A DNA stretch of 64,000 bases from Escherichia coli (GTDB lineage: Bacteria; Pseudomonadota; Gammaproteobacteria; Enterobacterales; Enterobacteriaceae). The notes under the pieces are model-generated. The model saw only the letters and a program-made list of their open reading frames with translations, had not been told where the DNA came from and ran no database searches. Positions within the stretch are counted from its first letter, which is position 1. Each line of letters begins with the position of its first letter. A program made the position numbers and the translations under genes. Location of the stretch: assembly GCF_050320075.1 (NCBI RefSeq), contig NZ_CP190018.1; one strand, given 5' to 3'. Below are positions 27,978 through 41,204 of this stretch, piece after piece.

Positions 27978-28235
27978 TTATCTGGTTTGTTTTCGTAATT
28001 GTTCGGCACAATAGTCGAGATGTGTTTGCAGATCCCGCATAGACATCTGTGAGCTGGTGACGTAGTTAATCAGTGCAGTCAGTTCGGCAAGTGGGCCATC
28101 GACATTAAATCCATCCTTATCGAGATCCCGGAGTAATTTCATCAAGTGCGATCCCTCCACCAGTGACCTGACGCCTCCCGGCGTGTGAATCCTTTCGGTA
28201 AATCCGTCTTCCAGTGGATAGTGATACTGCTGCAT
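27978..28235 (-). CDS. Small protein paralogous to the C-terminal domain of the adjacent Bro-N protein
   Basis: HTPGGVRSLVEGSHLMKLLRDLDKDGFNVDGPLAELTALINYV...MRDLQTHLDY aligns with Bro-N C-terminus HSPSGVLGLTENSLLMNLLNQLQDDGHDVSGAAAELTTMFCYI...LRDIQTHAEY. Confidence 0.5.
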   Translation of the reverse strand: MQQYHYPLEDGFTERIHTPGGVRSLVEGSHLMKLLRDLDKDGFNVDGPLAELTALINYVTSSQMSMRDLQTHLDYCAEQLRKQTR

Positions 28236-28312
28236 CTTAATCTTCTCCATGCAATAACTGTATATTTATACAGTATCAAATAATTTGTTTGCTATCCAGC
28301 ACGTTTTGCAAA

Positions 28313-28327
28313 TTACCTGAAAGGTAA
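28313..28327. promoter_or_regulatory. Operator-like palindrome TTACCTGAAAGGTAA in the divergent region before the tailspike gene
   Basis: Perfect copy; identical to the copy at 9248. Confidence 0.6.
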
Positions 28328-28431
28328 TATCTATTCATATTCACAGTCTTTCTATCCATATATGGTTTTTTGGGTAATAGAATAACCAGATATGCGGCGC
28401 AACGGGTGCTGCGACTATCTGGAGATTTAAC

Positions 28432-31275
28432 ATGACGGTCTCAACCGAAGTTGACCACAACGAATACACAGGTAACGGCGTTACGACATCGTTTCCGTAT
28501 ACTTTTCGAATTTTCAGAAAATCAGACCTGGTTGTTCAGGTGTCTGACCTGAACGGGAACGTAACAGAATTGGTTCTGGATACCGGTTATACGGTAACTG
28601 GGGCGGGCACTTATAGTGGCGGTTCAGTGGTTCTGCCGTCTCCGCTTGCTGCTGGCTGGCGAATTACGATAGATCGTGTGCTTGATGTAGTGCAGGAGAC
28701 AGACCTCCGCAATCAGGGAAAGTTTTTCCCCGAAGTGCATGAAGATGCCTTTGACTACCTGACGATGCTGATCCAGCAATGTTTTGGGTGGTTCAGACGT
28801 GCATTGATGAAGCCCTCTCTGCTTGCAAAATATTACGATGCAAAGCAAAACAGAATTTCTAACCTTGCAGATCCATCACTTGAGCAGGACGCTGTAAATA
28901 ATCGCTCAATGCGTAATTATGTCGATGCTGCAATCGCCGGAGTTGTTGGTGGTTTTGGTTGGTTTATTCAGTATGGTTCTGGGGCAGTATATCGCACCTT
29001 CCAGGACAAGATGCGAGATGAAATAAATGTTCATGATTATGGTGCTATAGGTGATGGAAATTATCACCCGCTTTCTGAACGTTATTCATCGTTGGCTGCT
29101 GCGCAGCAACAATATCCATTTGCTACTTCCCTTGGTCAGTCTATTGACTGGGCTGCAATACAGGCAGCGATCAATGCCTCACAAGGCAGAAAGGTAAAAT
29201 TATTAGCAAAAACATACATTTCTACTGATGGATTCACTGGCGTTGATGGTCTTTGTTTAATTGGTGAAGGTGCTACCCCTTTTTACCTTAACTTTCAGGA
29301 CATTCCATACACCAACAATGGTGGTACTGACATTCTTTTCTATGGTACAGGCCAAAAGAACAGAAGCATTTATGGTATTTCGGATATGCAGCCATCCGGT
29401 GGTGTGAGGACAGATCCTGATTTAGGCGTGACTCATGCATTAACCAATATGACGAATGGAGACGCCAGCACTTCGGCGGCTGCAACCCCTCGAGCAGTAA
29501 GCGCTGGCTTATACCTTGAGCATTGCAAAGGCTGGCAAATTGAGGGAATCCGATTTGCTCCATATTTTAACGGGGTCGAATCATATACAGACCAGACTAA
29601 CTTAGGGCTGGCTGATGAATGGGATATCGGAATTCTCATCAATAGTTCTTATGATGGTGTAATGCGCGATGTTCGCGCGGTTGGGCACTGGCGAGTTGCT
29701 GGCCTGGCTGTGTTTGCAGGCGAAAATCCTTTCAACACAGGCGCGTCATCTTCATGTGAACGAAACAGATTTTTTTCCTGTCAGTTTAATGGAAAGTCTG
29801 GCGTTCTTATTCGCGGCGGGGATGCCTACCGGTGTACAGCAGTAACAGCTGACACTGTCGAAATTCCATGGCACGATTCAAACCCGTTCCGGCATACCGG
29901 TGGGGTATTTCTTGGGGCCTTTGGTGGCGCAACCTCTGCAAGCTATACCTATACCAGCGCAACGGTTACCGGTGATAAGCTGACGCTCCACGGAGTAAGC
30001 CCTAACCCTTTATCGAATGGTATGACAACATCTTCAGGGGTGTATACCGGTAGAAGTTATGGGTTCCAGGGTACGCAATTCTTTGGTTGTTACTTTGGCG
30101 GCCTTGAGCATCAGACTAACCGAGTGGCTACAGACCCGGCGCTTACCTCACCATTCCCTACGTCGTCAAAACCTGTCGAAATTTCAGGTGTTCCGGCAGG
30201 AAATATCAGGTTCTATGGTTGTACGCACATGACCCGGGAAGACTGTGTGTGGATGATCCATAACGCCTCAAATATCTACGACTTCGGAGGCTATTTTGAG
30301 GCCAAGCGAGCGATCACTGCTACTGGCGGCGGCTCGCGCATGGTAGCCATCGGTAATTGGCCTGATTACACCCCGACTGCAGAATCACCATATCCGTTTG
30401 GTACGGTCAGTAACATAAATATGTTCGGTTCGCAGGCTCTTAATTTCGTTGATATGTACCCTGTAGTTGCCCGTTCTACAGGTGTAACGCGCTTTACCTC
30501 CGGGATGTGGGATTGTAAGACCCTCTATAGCTCCGAGGCATTTCAGGATCTTGCTGACACCAACAACTATGTAATAAAGGGTTTACGAAACGAAAGCATA
30601 AGGTTCGAGGACGGAGCCGGCGGCCATCTTATGACCATGCAGAATATTGGCAATCTCCTGCTTGGTAAGCGCGCCAGATTTAACACCTCAACAGAGGATC
30701 GTTATCAGTTCTATCGACTCGATGGAACAACCATTTTCTTATCCCTCGATGGCACGATGTCCACGCCAGTAATGACTCTGGATGGAAACTTTGTCCCTGC
30801 AGTTGCCAATACAAGGTTGGTCGGAACTGCGGCCAAGCCCTTCTCGGGAGGTAATACCCAGACAGCTTATAACATCACTTCTGACCGGAACTACAAAACT
30901 GACTTTGGTGAAATTCCTGACGCCGTTCTGGATGCATGGGAATTGGTGCAGTATTCACAATATAAACTCAGGGATGCAGTTGCGTTGAAGGGGGAAGGCG
31001 CCAGATTACATGTCGGTGTTGTTGCACAGCAGGTGAAAGAGGCATTTGAATCAGTAGGGGTCGATCCTTTTGCATATGGCGTACTGTGCTACGACGAATG
31101 GTCTGGTCAGGAAGAAGTTATTGAGGACGGTGTCATTACGCAGCAAAAAGTGGAAGCAGGGAAGCGTTACAGTGTGCGCTACGAAGAGGCATATGCAATA
31201 GAGTCCGCCTTGCTTCGGAGAACTCATACCAGATTGGAGCAGCGCTTATCTTCTCTTGAAGAAAAATCAAAATAG
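28432..31275 (+). CDS. Tailspike/tail fibre protein with C-terminal intramolecular chaperone (peptidase S74-like) domain
   Basis: 947 aa; GGAG RBS; N-terminal virion-binding-like region; C-terminal region containing SDRNYK and GVVAQQVKEAFESVG resembles autocleaving chaperone domains. Confidence 0.7.
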   Translation: MTVSTEVDHNEYTGNGVTTSFPYTFRIFRKSDLVVQVSDLNGNVTELVLDTGYTVTGAGTYSGGSVVLPSPLAAGWRITIDRVLDVVQETDLRNQGKFFPEVHEDAFDYLTMLIQQCFGWFRRALMKPSLLAKYYDAKQNRISNLADPSLEQDAVNNRSMRNYVDAAIAGVVGGFGWFIQYGSGAVYRTFQDKMRDEINVHDYGAIGDGNYHPLSERYSSLAAAQQQYPFATSLGQSIDWAAIQAAINASQGRKVKLLAKTYISTDGFTGVDGLCLIGEGATPFYLNFQDIPYTNNGGTDILFYGTGQKNRSIYGISDMQPSGGVRTDPDLGVTHALTNMTNGDASTSAAATPRAVSAGLYLEHCKGWQIEGIRFAPYFNGVESYTDQTNLGLADEWDIGILINSSYDGVMRDVRAVGHWRVAGLAVFAGENPFNTGASSSCERNRFFSCQFNGKSGVLIRGGDAYRCTAVTADTVEIPWHDSNPFRHTGGVFLGAFGGATSASYTYTSATVTGDKLTLHGVSPNPLSNGMTTSSGVYTGRSYGFQGTQFFGCYFGGLEHQTNRVATDPALTSPFPTSSKPVEISGVPAGNIRFYGCTHMTREDCVWMIHNASNIYDFGGYFEAKRAITATGGGSRMVAIGNWPDYTPTAESPYPFGTVSNINMFGSQALNFVDMYPVVARSTGVTRFTSGMWDCKTLYSSEAFQDLADTNNYVIKGLRNESIRFEDGAGGHLMTMQNIGNLLLGKRARFNTSTEDRYQFYRLDGTTIFLSLDGTMSTPVMTLDGNFVPAVANTRLVGTAAKPFSGGNTQTAYNITSDRNYKTDFGEIPDAVLDAWELVQYSQYKLRDAVALKGEGARLHVGVVAQQVKEAFESVGVDPFAYGVLCYDEWSGQEEVIEDGVITQQKVEAGKRYSVRYEEAYAIESALLRRTHTRLEQRLSSLEEKSK

Positions 31276-31366
31276 GGGATGGTAATAATTATCCGTATAT
31301 GGTTTATTGTGTATGATGAACTCACCAACTAAGGGGGTTCTTTATGCACAATAAACGGTGGTCATC

Positions 31367-31771
31367 ATGTCGCACTCGTTAACTACGGAGTCGCTAAATC
31401 AGGGGCTTAGCCTGAGCGCGCTGGTTTCCGTATTGGCAGGTGTGCCGCCAGAAGTGGCTTTAGGGGCGCTGGCCGGTGCGGTAATTTTTGTTACCTCTGC
31501 GGTCGAGTACCCCATAAAGCGGCGTTTACTTCTGGCGTTCCTCAGCTTCTTCTGCGGCCTTCTTTTTTATAAACCAGCAGCATCAATTCTTATCGGCATC
31601 GCCAGCCTGATCCCTACTATCACGCAGGACTCTTTTGAAAAAGGGATTGTTTTCTCTGCTGGCGCATTCGTGTCAGCAATTGTTGCTGTGCGTATTGGTA
31701 TATGGCTCTACCACCGTTCCGATAATCCACGCGAGTTAATTCCGGGGAGAAAAGACGATGGTAACGCATGA
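31367..31771 (+). CDS. Holin-like membrane protein
   Basis: About 135 aa, several hydrophobic helices, first gene of the lysis cassette. Confidence 0.45.
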   Translation: MSHSLTTESLNQGLSLSALVSVLAGVPPEVALGALAGAVIFVTSAVEYPIKRRLLLAFLSFFCGLLFYKPAASILIGIASLIPTITQDSFEKGIVFSAGAFVSAIVAVRIGIWLYHRSDNPRELIPGRKDDGNA

Positions 31772-32066
31772 GTTTTTTTTGCTTATCACCAATGCAGTTA
31801 TTTGTACTGGCATAGCAATTCGCGTTGTCACATTCCGGCGTAACGGATCTCAATATCGAAGATTGGGGGGATGGCTTGCTTATTTCCTGATTGTCGCTGC
31901 GGCAAGTATTCCTGTTCGTGTCGTCTATGCAATCTGGTTACGCACGCCAATGGCTGTGGATTTATCCGAGGTCATTATCAATGCTGTCATGCTTGCTGCG
32001 GTTATTAAAACGCGCGGTAACGTCGTTCAGATTTTCAAAATAACGAGGTCTAAACATGGAGATTAA
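31758..32066 (+). CDS. Second small membrane protein (holin/antiholin-like)
   Basis: 102 aa, 2-3 hydrophobic helices, overlaps its neighbours. Confidence 0.4.
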   Translation: MVTHEFFLLITNAVICTGIAIRVVTFRRNGSQYRRLGGWLAYFLIVAAASIPVRVVYAIWLRTPMAVDLSEVIINAVMLAAVIKTRGNVVQIFKITRSKHGD

Positions 32067-32685
32067 ACAATTCCAGCGAGCTGCTGATATTAGTGAGGCG
32101 CTGACCGCCCGATGGTTCTCGCATATAACTTCTGCGATGAAAGAGTTTGGTATTAGCAAAGCAGAAGATCAGGCTATGTTTATTGCTCAGGTCGGGCATG
32201 AGTCTGGTGGCTTCACCAGGTTGCAGGAGAATTTCAATTACAGCGTCACCGGACTGGCTAACTTCGTTCGTGCCGGTCGTCTCACTCAGGGACAGGCCAA
32301 CGCACTGGGTCGCCGTGCTGGTGAACCGCCATTACCACTCGAGCGCCAGCGCGCGATCGCAAATCTGGTGTACAGCAAACGCATGGGTAACAATGCTCCT
32401 GGCGATGGATGGAACTACCGTGGGCGCGGACTTATCCAGATTACCGGTTTGAATAACTATCGTGACTGTGGAAACGGCCTTAATGCTGACCTGCTGGAGA
32501 GTCCTGAACTGCTGGCGCAGGACGAATACGCGGCTCGTAGCGCGGCGTGGTTCTTCTCCAGCAAAGGCTGCATGAAGTATACCGGAGATATTGCACGTGT
32601 AACTCTGATTATCAATGGTGGCCGGAACGGCATCGACGACCGGCGCGCGCGGTACATCACTGCCAGTAAGGTGCTGGCTGTATGA
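32056..32685 (+). CDS. Endolysin, glycoside hydrolase family 19 (chitinase-like lysozyme)
   Basis: 209 aa; [12 protein letters not shown] and [13 protein letters not shown] segments resemble the GH19 catalytic region; GAGG RBS. Confidence 0.7.
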   Translation: MEIKQFQRAADISEALTARWFSHITSAMKEFGISKAEDQAMFIAQVGHESGGFTRLQENFNYSVTGLANFVRAGRLTQGQANALGRRAGEPPLPLERQRAIANLVYSKRMGNNAPGDGWNYRGRGLIQITGLNNYRDCGNGLNADLLESPELLAQDEYAARSAAWFFSSKGCMKYTGDIARVTLIINGGRNGIDDRRARYITASKVLAV

Positions 32686-33164
32686 TCTTGGCATTCGCAA
32701 AAGCATACTGGAAACAGTTGGTTATCATGGCGATGATTGCTGTTCTGGTCATATCAGGAGTTGTAGTCTGGAATGCACACGGCAGTCGTCAGTACGATGC
32801 CGGGTATGCGCAGGCGGAAGAAGACCGCAAAGACGAAGAAGACAAATTTCGTCAGTACTACGAACAGGAGAAAGTGACCAATGAACGTGAAGCGCAGCAG
32901 AGGATCGATCAGGCGCGCAGTGATGCTCTTGATGCTGCCGCTCGCGCTGGCAGGTTGCAGCAACAGCTCGTTGCCATCCGTGAGCAGCTCAGGCAGTATA
33001 ACGCCATTGTCGGCGCTGGGACGTCAGCCGCAGACACCGGAGTTTTGCTTGCCGACGTGCTCAGCAAATCTCTCGAGAGAAACAGACAACTGGCAGAGTA
33101 TGCTGACCGGGCAGCCGAAGCAGGAAGAGTCTGCGAAAAACAGTATGACACCCTGACCAGATAG
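32682..33164 (+). CDS. Rz-like inner-membrane spanin (i-spanin)
   Basis: 160 aa; N-terminal TM helix then coiled coil; start overlaps the endolysin stop. Confidence 0.6.
   Translation: MILAFAKAYWKQLVIMAMIAVLVISGVVVWNAHGSRQYDAGYAQAEEDRKDEEDKFRQYYEQEKVTNEREAQQRIDQARSDALDAAARAGRLQQQLVAIREQLRQYNAIVGAGTSAADTGVLLADVLSKSLERNRQLAEYADRAAEAGRVCEKQYDTLTR
32923..33156 (+). CDS. Rz1-like outer-membrane lipoprotein spanin (o-spanin), embedded in Rz in the +1 frame
   Basis: [12 protein letters not shown] lipobox followed by a Pro/Ser-rich short protein, wholly inside the Rz gene. Confidence 0.6.
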   Translation: MLLMLPLALAGCSNSSLPSVSSSGSITPLSALGRQPQTPEFCLPTCSANLSRETDNWQSMLTGQPKQEESAKNSMTP

Positions 33165-33314
33165 CATGGCATTTTCATGGCACTGATTTCCTGTGACGGT
33201 ATATAAAACGGTACGAGGAAAATTTGGTTTTGGAAAAGTGTTATCACTCAATTGGTTATGGTGTCCGTAAATAATTGAGTGGGAATGATTTTGATCCCTG
33301 CACTATGAATGAAC

Positions 33315-33345
33315 AAAACCCTCTGTTACTACAGAGGGTTTTTTA
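33315..33345. terminator. Bidirectional rho-independent terminator (host yfgI 3' end; limit of prophage transcription)
   Basis: CCCTCTGT-TACT-ACAGAGGG flanked by A-run and T-run. Confidence 0.7.
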
Positions 33346-33382
33346 TCTTCAAGAATTATAGGCTTGAAGTTACTTACATCGA

Positions 33383-33922
33383 TTAATTAAACCAGCTGTC
33401 CGATTTGTTCTCTTCTGCTTTGCCCACGCTTTTCATCAGATCGCGACCGCCCTCAGTCATATTCCTGTTTGCGTCAGCTTCAGATTGCACCACATCGGTT
33501 TGCGCAGCTTTGTGCTTCAGTTCCTGATCGATAAATTCGTTTTCTCGCTTAACGCGGGCTTCTTCTTTCGCCAGCGCCAGTTTTTGTTTCTGAATCTCTA
33601 AGCTGCGTAGCTCATCTTCATAACTTTGATCGCGTTTTTTGTCCGCAGTGGCTTCGGCGTCCAGTTTATCCTGACGAGCTTTCTTATTTGCCGCTGCCGT
33701 TGCCGCTCTTTTGTTAGCGGCGGCCTGGGCGTTTGCGCGACGTTGCTTCTCTTGCTGGATTTCCCTGTTGCGCTCCGCGACCCATTCGTCATGCTGCCTT
33801 TGCTCTTCATTTTTACCTTGCTGTTCCGCTTCTGCGACAGCAGAGAGTTGATCCTGCAATGATGAGGCGATAGCCGGATAGCTTAAGGAGGTTAAGATGG
33901 CGCAAAGAAAAACTTTCTTCAT
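33383..33922 (-). CDS. yfgI: YfgI, secreted protein
   Basis: 179 aa with signal peptide and coiled-coil; matches E. coli YfgI in size and context. Confidence 0.75.
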   Translation of the reverse strand: MKKVFLCAILTSLSYPAIASSLQDQLSAVAEAEQQGKNEEQRQHDEWVAERNREIQQEKQRRANAQAAANKRAATAAANKKARQDKLDAEATADKKRDQSYEDELRSLEIQKQKLALAKEEARVKRENEFIDQELKHKAAQTDVVQSEADANRNMTEGGRDLMKSVGKAEENKSDSWFN

Positions 33923-33937
33923 GACTCCTCCTGATCA

Positions 33938-34456
33938 TTAGCTCTTTTCAGGACATTTCGTATTTGGCTGAATACGCGTTTCGTTATACGTCGTGGTAAT
34001 AACAACGGCTAAACCTGTCGTAAACTGGCACTCTTTACCCACCTGGGTAGAGGTATACACTTTGGTGCCTTCCTTATACGTTAGAGAAACACCTTCCACT
34101 AAGGTTTTATCATTCACCATAGAACCCGCTGCCGCGCCAACAGCTCCGCCGCCAACTGCACCTGCCGTCGTTCCGGAATTGCTGCCAGACCCCACGTTGT
34201 GGCCGATTACACCGCCAGCGACTGCACCAATAAGCGCGCCGAAGGCTTGTGCGTTCCGTTTATTTTGGGAGTTGTCTACGGCAACTTTTGCGGGAAGAAT
34301 GGAAATAATATTAACGGTTTTAGTTTCTTGTTTGGTATTCAGTTGATCGGTTTGATAAACATCGGCGGCATGATCATCAGCATTTGACTGGCATCCTGCC
34401 AGAGTGAATGACGCTAACATTGCCACAGGCAGAAGACATTTTTTAAATTTCATCAC
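33938..34456 (-). CDS. yfgH: YfgH, glycine-zipper outer-membrane lipoprotein
   Basis: 172 aa; lipobox LAGC; Gly-rich GAVAGGVIGHNVGSG segment. Confidence 0.75.
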   Translation of the reverse strand: MMKFKKCLLPVAMLASFTLAGCQSNADDHAADVYQTDQLNTKQETKTVNIISILPAKVAVDNSQNKRNAQAFGALIGAVAGGVIGHNVGSGSNSGTTAGAVGGGAVGAAAGSMVNDKTLVEGVSLTYKEGTKVYTSTQVGKECQFTTGLAVVITTTYNETRIQPNTKCPEKS

Positions 34457-34766
34457 TATTCCTTGTTATACACATTACTAAAAATAAGACATTTAAGATC
34501 ATCAAAAGAAGAAAGTAAATGTATTGCGTATAAAGGAATAGATTAAATTTATTAAAATTCATGTGGGAAATAATTTATAAAAATACATCATTAAAATATA
34601 TGTATTAATTTTATATTTATTTCGCAGCCAAACAGGATAAACATCTGTCAGGACAAAGACGTAAAATTTAAGATGAAAGAATATCTGCCGCTTTGATAAT
34701 CCCAAAGAGCAAAAGCATCCGACAGCGAGGTGCCGTTATGTTCTGTGAAAGTGGAGAAGGTAACCG

Positions 34767-34958
34767 CTAACGTTGTACCGGTGATTCGACGGAGAGTGTG
34801 GATTGCTGAGCTTCTTTTTTGCTCTGATGGTGCTGCCATGCACCGACGGACGAGTAGATAAAACGGCCAAAGAAGAAGATAAAGCTGATGAGCAGTACGA
34901 TACGGGTCATGCGACTGTTAAATCGGTGTCGTTTTCGCATACTGGTTGCCTGACTCAC
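34767..34958 (-). CDS. yfgG: YfgG small membrane protein
   Basis: 63 aa, one TM helix; conserved position upstream of pdeF. Confidence 0.65.
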   Translation of the reverse strand: MSQATSMRKRHRFNSRMTRIVLLISFIFFFGRFIYSSVGAWQHHQSKKEAQQSTLSVESPVQR

Positions 34959-35309
34959 AAAAGGTTCCTTGAAGTATGTCCCACGCTGTGGACGGTACTT
35001 ACATTAAGGCACAACAGGACAAAATGGTCAATTCTTCGTTATGTAAAAAAGCGTCAGTGGATACATATTTTAATGTTATGGAAGTTAATTTAATTATTTA
35101 CAATGATGATGTAATAATGATGAATTAACATGATAAACGTAATAATTCATTAATCAGGGTTATTTTGTTTGATATATATCAATTGGAACTTTCATATGAC
35201 ACTTAGAATCAATGCTCTCTATAGTGATGAATAATCATCATTCGAAGTCAGGTGGGATGCCTGTCTGAATACACCTCCTTCAGGATGTGGGGGATTCTGC
35301 TGAGCATCT

Positions 35310-37553
35310 ATGAAACTGAATGCAACTTATATAAAAATACGTGATAAATGGTGGGGGCTTCCGCTGTTCCTGCCTTCTTTAATCTTGCCCATTTTCGCCC
35401 ACATTAATACTTTCGCGCATATTTCTTCCGGTGAGGTTTTTCTCTTTTATCTGCCTCTGGCTCTGATGATCAGCATGATGATGTTTTTCAGCTGGGCGGC
35501 ATTGCCAGGGATCGCCTTAGGGATTTTTGTCCGCAAATATGCAGAGCTGGGTTTTTACGAAACGCTCTCATTAACGGCTAATTTTATTATCATTATCATT
35601 CTCTGTTGGGGCGGTTACAGGGTCTTTACTCCCCGGCGTAACAACGTTTCACATGGTGATACCCGTTTAATTTCCCAGCGTATATTCTGGCAGATTGTGT
35701 TTCCTGCAACGCTGTTTCTGATACTTTTCCAGTTTGCTGCGTTTGTAGGATTACTGGCGAGCAGAGAAAATCTGGTCGGCGTCATGCCTTTTAACCTCGG
35801 GACCTTAATCAATTATCAGGCCTTACTGGTGGGCAATCTGATTGGTGTCCCGCTGTGCTACTTCATCATTCGTGTAGTGCGAAATCCGTTTTATTTACGT
35901 AGTTATTATTCGCAATTAAAACAGCAGGTTGATGTCAAATTCACCAAAAAAGAGTTCGCACTCTGGCTACTGGCATTAGGTGCGTTGTTGTTGCTGTTAT
36001 GCATGCCGTTAAATGAAAAAAGCACAATTTTTAGCACCAATTATACCTTGTCATTATTGCTGCCCCTGATGATGTGGGGAGCCATGCGCTATGGTTATAA
36101 GCTGATTTCGCTGCTCTGGGCGGTCGTGTTGATGATCAGCATCCACAGCTATCAAAATTACATTCCCATTTATCCTGGCTATACCACGCAGCTGACCATA
36201 ACCTCCTCCAGTTATCTGGTATTCTCTTTTATTGTCAATTATATGGCTGTACTGGCAACCCGTCAGAGAGCGGTAGTCAGACGCATTCAGCGGCTTGCGT
36301 ATGTGGACCCGGTGGTTCATCTGCCAAATGTTCGCGCCCTGAATCGCGCGTTGCGTGATGCCCCCTGGTCTGCGCTTTGTTATTTACGCATCCCTGGCAT
36401 GGAAATGCTGGTTAAAAACTATGGCATCATGCTACGGATTCAATACAAGCAAAAACTTTCTCACTGGCTGTCACCATTGCTGGAACCGGGTGAAGATGTT
36501 TATCAGCTATCGGGTAACGATCTCGCGCTGCGACTGAATACAGAATCGCACCAGGAGCGCATTACCGCACTGGATAGCCATCTCAAGCAATTTCGTTTCT
36601 TTTGGGATGGAATGCCGATGCAACCGCAGATTGGCGTCAGTTACTGCTATGTGCGCTCGCCAGTGAATCATATCTACTTACTGCTGGGAGAGCTAAATAC
36701 GGTCGCCGAACTTTCCATCGTGACCAACGCCCCAGAAAATATGCAGCGTCGCGGGGCAATGTATTTGCAACGCGAATTGAAAGATAAAGTCGCGATGATG
36801 AATCGGCTACAGCAGGCGCTGGAACACAACCATTTTTTCCTGATGGCCCAGCCGATTACCGGTATGCGTGGCGATGTCTACCATGAAATTCTTCTGCGTA
36901 TGAAAGGTGAGAATGATGAACTGATCAGCCCCGACAGCTTCTTGCCGGTCGCGCACGAATTTGGTTTATCGTCGAGTATCGACATGTGGGTCATTGAGCA
37001 TACGCTGCAATTTATGGCTGAAAACAGAGCGAAGATGCCCGCTCACCGTTTTGCGATTAATCTGTCGCCAACCTCGGTATGTCAGGCTCGTTTTCCCGTT
37101 GAAGTCAGTCAGCTGCTGGCTAAATATCAAATTGAAGCGTGGCAACTTATTTTTGAAGTCACCGAAAGTAATGCTCTGACAAATGTTAAGCAGGCGCAAA
37201 TCACCTTGCAGCATCTTCAGGAATTAGGCTGCCAGATTGCGATTGATGATTTCGGCACCGGCTATGCCAGCTATGCGCGGCTTAAAAATGTGAATGCCGA
37301 TTTGCTTAAAATTGACGGCAGTTTTATCCGCAATATTGTGTCAAATAGTCTGGATTATCAGATAGTGGCGTCGATTTGCCACCTGGCGCGAATGAAGAAA
37401 ATGCGGGTAGTGGCAGAGTACGTTGAAAACGAAGAGATCCGCGAGGCGGTGCTCTCTTTGGGGATCGATTATATGCAGGGTTATCTTATTGGTAAGCCGC
37501 AACCGTTAATTGATACGCTGAATGAAATCGAACCCATTCGCGAAAGTGCCTGA
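35310..37553 (+). CDS. pdeF: c-di-GMP phosphodiesterase PdeF (YfgF): membrane domain plus degenerate GGDEF and EAL domains
   Basis: 747 aa; N-terminal multi-TM region, C-terminal EAL-like region; context beside ppx. Confidence 0.8.
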   Translation: MKLNATYIKIRDKWWGLPLFLPSLILPIFAHINTFAHISSGEVFLFYLPLALMISMMMFFSWAALPGIALGIFVRKYAELGFYETLSLTANFIIIIILCWGGYRVFTPRRNNVSHGDTRLISQRIFWQIVFPATLFLILFQFAAFVGLLASRENLVGVMPFNLGTLINYQALLVGNLIGVPLCYFIIRVVRNPFYLRSYYSQLKQQVDVKFTKKEFALWLLALGALLLLLCMPLNEKSTIFSTNYTLSLLLPLMMWGAMRYGYKLISLLWAVVLMISIHSYQNYIPIYPGYTTQLTITSSSYLVFSFIVNYMAVLATRQRAVVRRIQRLAYVDPVVHLPNVRALNRALRDAPWSALCYLRIPGMEMLVKNYGIMLRIQYKQKLSHWLSPLLEPGEDVYQLSGNDLALRLNTESHQERITALDSHLKQFRFFWDGMPMQPQIGVSYCYVRSPVNHIYLLLGELNTVAELSIVTNAPENMQRRGAMYLQRELKDKVAMMNRLQQALEHNHFFLMAQPITGMRGDVYHEILLRMKGENDELISPDSFLPVAHEFGLSSSIDMWVIEHTLQFMAENRAKMPAHRFAINLSPTSVCQARFPVEVSQLLAKYQIEAWQLIFEVTESNALTNVKQAQITLQHLQELGCQIAIDDFGTGYASYARLKNVNADLLKIDGSFIRNIVSNSLDYQIVASICHLARMKKMRVVAEYVENEEIREAVLSLGIDYMQGYLIGKPQPLIDTLNEIEPIRESA

Positions 37554-37558
37554 ATAAT

Positions 37559-37585
37559 GCGGGCCGACATTTCTCGTCGGCCCGC
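37559..37585. terminator. Bidirectional hairpin between convergent pdeF and ppx
   Basis: GCGGGCCGAC-ATTTCTC-GTCGGCCCGC; no strong T-tract. Confidence 0.5.
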
Positions 37586-37591
37586 AAAGCA

Positions 37592-41204
<3,613 letters not shown>

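Larger units (their letters stand above)
1..33300. mobile_element. Prophage, right-hand ~33 kb (integrase/immunity end outside window); right boundary approximate
   Basis: Uninterrupted + strand phage gene order from Cro-like through O/P replication, terminase, portal, capsid, ejection proteins, tailspike and lysis genes; ends between Rz stop (33164) and the host yfgI terminator (~33315). Confidence 0.85.

Noticed and set aside
34457-34766. AT-rich noncoding stretch between yfgH and yfgG as a possible foreign insertion
   Set aside because: It looks like an ordinary AT-rich promoter region between host genes, with no ORF or repeat structure.
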